The position numbers were made by a program, and so were the translations under genes. From the IMG/VR virus record IMGVR_UViG_3300027708_000083, positions 1-57,391 of that record: a DNA stretch of 57,391 bases; one strand, written 5' to 3'. Below are positions 55,610 to 57,391 of this stretch, piece after piece. Source of the DNA: a virus (Duplodnaviria; Caudoviricetes). Numbering within the stretch: the stretch's first letter is position 1; every line of letters begins with the position of its first letter. The notes beneath the pieces were generated by a model. It searched no databases. It saw only the letters and a program-made list of their open reading frames with translations, and was not told where the DNA came from.

Positions 55610-55636
55610 TAACACTTAGCAACAAAGGAAGCAAAG

Positions 55637-55723
55637 ATGGAATGTACTATATGTAGGAAGTGGCACTGGAAGGGTTTCGAGGTTTGCTTGCAGAACAAGG
55701 GACCAATTCCACACAAAGGATAG
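55637..55723 (+). CDS. 28-aa Cys/His micro-protein (not in ORF track)
   Basis: MECTICRKWHWKGFEVCLQNKGPIPHKG, with its own promoter and AAAGGA RBS. Confidence 0.5.
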   Translation: MECTICRKWHWKGFEVCLQNKGPIPHKG

Positions 55724-55728
55724 GGTTG

Positions 55729-55757
55729 TTGACAAGGACTAGTTCATGTGCTATAAT
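55729..55757 (+). promoter_or_regulatory. Sigma70 promoter with the -10 box inside a perfect inverted repeat
   Basis: TTGACA-N17-TATAAT with TGn; GTTCATGTGCT/AGCACATGAAC. Confidence 0.85.
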
Positions 55758-55763
55758 AAGCAC

Positions 55764-56210
55764 ATGAACAGTTAGAAAAGAGTTAAAGGTTACCTACACC
55801 GTTAGGCGCCCAGGTAGAGGACAGTATCGACGGATACGCTTGAGACTGGGGCATGAAACAAGCACCTAAGACGTGTTGGAGATGCGGCGGATCATGTAGG
55901 CAGTAATGATGAAGGCAGACGATCTAGCAGACGGTGCTAGCGGCTAGTCCGGACTTCCTTTAGTCTTTTTCTAACTGACGTTTATGTCCCGGGAATCCAC
56001 GCTGAGTTCGCAACTCAGGGCAGTGAGTAGGTGAAACTCCTATAGGGACGCCATTTAAGGCATTCATGCGAAAGCTGATGTAAGGCCAATCTAACATCGC
56101 TGAGGGACAAGTGCGTTCCTGTAGGGCTAGCCATAGGTTAGCGATTAACAAGAGTCCCTACGAAACCTGCTAGTCGACCCGGGTGAGACTTCCCAAAACC
56201 CTCCCGGAAC
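55764..56210 (+). ncRNA. Candidate large structured non-coding RNA (two domains or two RNAs), family unassigned
   Basis: Consensus promoter, no plus-strand ORF, a 21-bp long-range helix with G-U pairs, many nested hairpins, GNRA and T-loop-like loops. Confidence 0.7.
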
Positions 56211-56242
56211 TTCTTGATAAAGACCCTACTGCTTGTAGGGAC

Positions 56243-56271
56243 TTGACAGTTTGCCCAAAATACGCTATAAT
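56243..56271 (+). promoter_or_regulatory. Sigma70 promoter
   Basis: TTGACA-N17-TATAAT, preceded by a CCCTAC/GTAGGG hairpin. Confidence 0.85.
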
Positions 56272-56301
56272 TAACACATACACAAACACACAGGAGCGTA
56301 T

Positions 56302-56565
56302 ATGTTAACACAATGCATAGCAAAAGCAAAATTAGTTTATAACAAAAAATTGCAATCTTATAAACTAGTTGTCGCATTTAACACACACAAAACAATTAAA
56401 AAAATAGGTAATACAGAAGTTGTAAAATACAACTTCCCTACACAAGCAAAATGCGCTTATGTTAGCGGGGACTTACTTGCAAATAATTTGCAAAACGAGC
56501 TTGCAAATGTAATGCCAAATGTTTACAAAGCAATACGCACAAACACAGTAGAGTTTGTGGACTAA
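56302..56565 (+). CDS. Hypothetical early protein
   Basis: ACACACAGGAGCG leader. Confidence 0.7.
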   Translation: MLTQCIAKAKLVYNKKLQSYKLVVAFNTHKTIKKIGNTEVVKYNFPTQAKCAYVSGDLLANNLQNELANVMPNVYKAIRTNTVEFVD

Positions 56566-56591
56566 AAACAACACTACTGCGCACAGGGTTA

Positions 56592-56620
56592 TTGACAGTG
56601 TGCGCAGTATATGCTATAAT
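56592..56620 (+). promoter_or_regulatory. Sigma70 promoter with the -35 box enclosed by an 11-bp inverted repeat
   Basis: TTGACA-N17-TATAAT; TACTGCGCACA (56575-85) and TGTGCGCAGTA (56599-609). Confidence 0.85.
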
Positions 56621-56651
56621 TAATTTTTAACAAGCACTAGGAGCGAAAACT

Positions 56652-57038
56652 ATGCAAACATTTACTACACTACACACAAACGGATGCGGCTATTGGAGTA
56701 ACACTGCTACAGCAGTAGCAATTACAAAATTGGACTTGCAGTACTGTACAGCAGAGAGAGATTTTGGAGAGCTGTGTGTGTACTTTAACACAAACGATTG
56801 GGACGTTAATACTAACGGACTTATATACACAGACAAATTGTTTATGCAGGAGTTGCGTACATACTTGCAAACTATTGGCTTTACGGAAGCGGAAGCTAAC
56901 GACGTAAGCTACAGCGAACAGGGTATGCAAAGCAATGTATATGTTAGCTGTGACGTGGGAGCTGTGTTTATTGCAGGACTTATGCGCTTAGACAGTGCGC
57001 ATGTTAACGCTGTAGTAGCAGAGTGCGCAGATGTTTAA
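56652..57038 (+). CDS. Conserved phage early protein
   Basis: T.G.GYWS...GEL.VYF...W....GLIYTD..F...YSEQGMQ...VS.D; AGGAGCGAAAA RBS. Confidence 0.75.
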   Translation: MQTFTTLHTNGCGYWSNTATAVAITKLDLQYCTAERDFGELCVYFNTNDWDVNTNGLIYTDKLFMQELRTYLQTIGFTEAEANDVSYSEQGMQSNVYVSCDVGAVFIAGLMRLDSAHVNAVVAECADV

Positions 57039-57255
57039 CAACATAGTGCAGTGGGCCGGAACGGCCTGCTTTCTCTGCATGTACACTATAATGTCGTTCT
57101 TCCCACAGCACAACAGCTACAGCATATTGGCTGGGTTTTGTGGGGGAACGCTGTACATGATATGGAGTTTACGTGTACGCAACTGGCCGCAGACACTAAC
57201 TAACGTTGTGTCAATATCCATATGCGCTATAGGGTTATACAAAGCGTTTAGTTGA
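57031..57255 (+). CDS. Small three-TM membrane protein
   Basis: Hydrophobic segments. Confidence 0.65.
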   Translation: MFNNIVQWAGTACFLCMYTIMSFFPQHNSYSILAGFCGGTLYMIWSLRVRNWPQTLTNVVSISICAIGLYKAFS

Positions 57256-57280
57256 CGTTTTGGCTAAAATGTGCTATAAT
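57252..57280 (+). promoter_or_regulatory. Sigma70 promoter
   Basis: TTGACG-N17-TATAAT with TGn. Confidence 0.85.
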
Positions 57281-57300
57281 TAGTTTTTAAGGAGCACACA

Positions 57301-57391
57301 ATGCGTAAAGTTAAAGTTGTAAGCGTAGAGGACGGCGGCTACTATAGTAGCGCATATGCTAGCGGTAATACTGTAAACGTTACACTACAGC
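57301..57391 (+). CDS. Hypothetical protein, truncated by the window end
   Basis: AAGGAG RBS and an open frame starting MRKVKVVSVEDGG. Confidence 0.6.
   Translation, partial: MRKVKVVSVEDGGYYSSAYASGNTVNVTLQ

Noticed and set aside
55769-55977. Retron msr-msd, group I intron, 6S RNA or tmRNA assignment
   Set aside because: There is no reverse transcriptase in the window and no interrupted exon or P4/P6 elements, despite a GAGACUG/UAGUC P7-like pair. The interior is branched rather than rod-like, and there are no tRNA-like ends or tag ORF.
56075-56170. Hammerhead ribozyme (CTGATG...CGAAAC)
   Set aside because: The core reads CUGAUGU or CUGAGGG, not CUGANGA, and the stems do not fit the topology.
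718-56930. Numerous antisense and overlapping ORFs in the supplied track (e.g. 718-1020, 2977-3519, 20598-20876, 25901-26293, 40897-41427, 54008-54343, 55960-56151)
   Set aside because: They shadow better-supported genes or RNA on the other strand or frame and lack an RBS and recognisable motifs.
1-57391. Stop-codon reassignment, as in some large phages
   Set aside because: Conserved genes are full length under code 11, and TAA, TAG and TGA all terminate tightly packed genes.
1-57391. Bacterial chromosome or prophage origin of the metabolic genes
   Set aside because: iscU, hemA and the heptose genes are interleaved with virion-type genes, several sit behind the same phage late motif, and no integrase or host operon context is seen.

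Overview
This window looks like a segment of a large, T4-like or jumbo myovirus-type dsDNA phage. The host is probably a Proteobacterium, possibly a Betaproteobacterium (inference from the IscU/IscA/YqgE-type genes). No tRNA, rRNA, CRISPR array or transposon could be supported. From 1 to about 39.7 kb most genes are on the minus strand. They include a SleB-like wall hydrolase, iscA/iscU, PAAR, glutaredoxin, nrdAB, a tail-fibre-like protein, an exonuclease, probable head and internal proteins, several 2OG-Fe(II) oxygenases, 5-aminolevulinate synthase, a HAD-deaminase fusion, an SGNH/PG-binding/lysozyme fusion and a six-gene NDP-heptose cluster. Many of these genes have a TAAATA late-promoter motif only 4-5 nt before ATG, and several share a T4 CTS-like N-terminus. 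From about 39.8 kb genes are mostly on the plus strand and are small accessory or early genes. A 650-bp repeat-containing non-coding tract follows, then an array of near-consensus sigma70 promoters, roughly one per gene. The most striking unexplained signals are a promoter-driven, ORF-less, densely base-paired ~450-nt region at 55764-56210 (candidate novel large ncRNA) and a strand-specific absence of TC dinucleotides over 635 nt of the adjacent early genes. All product calls come from visual motif recognition; no database searches were run.
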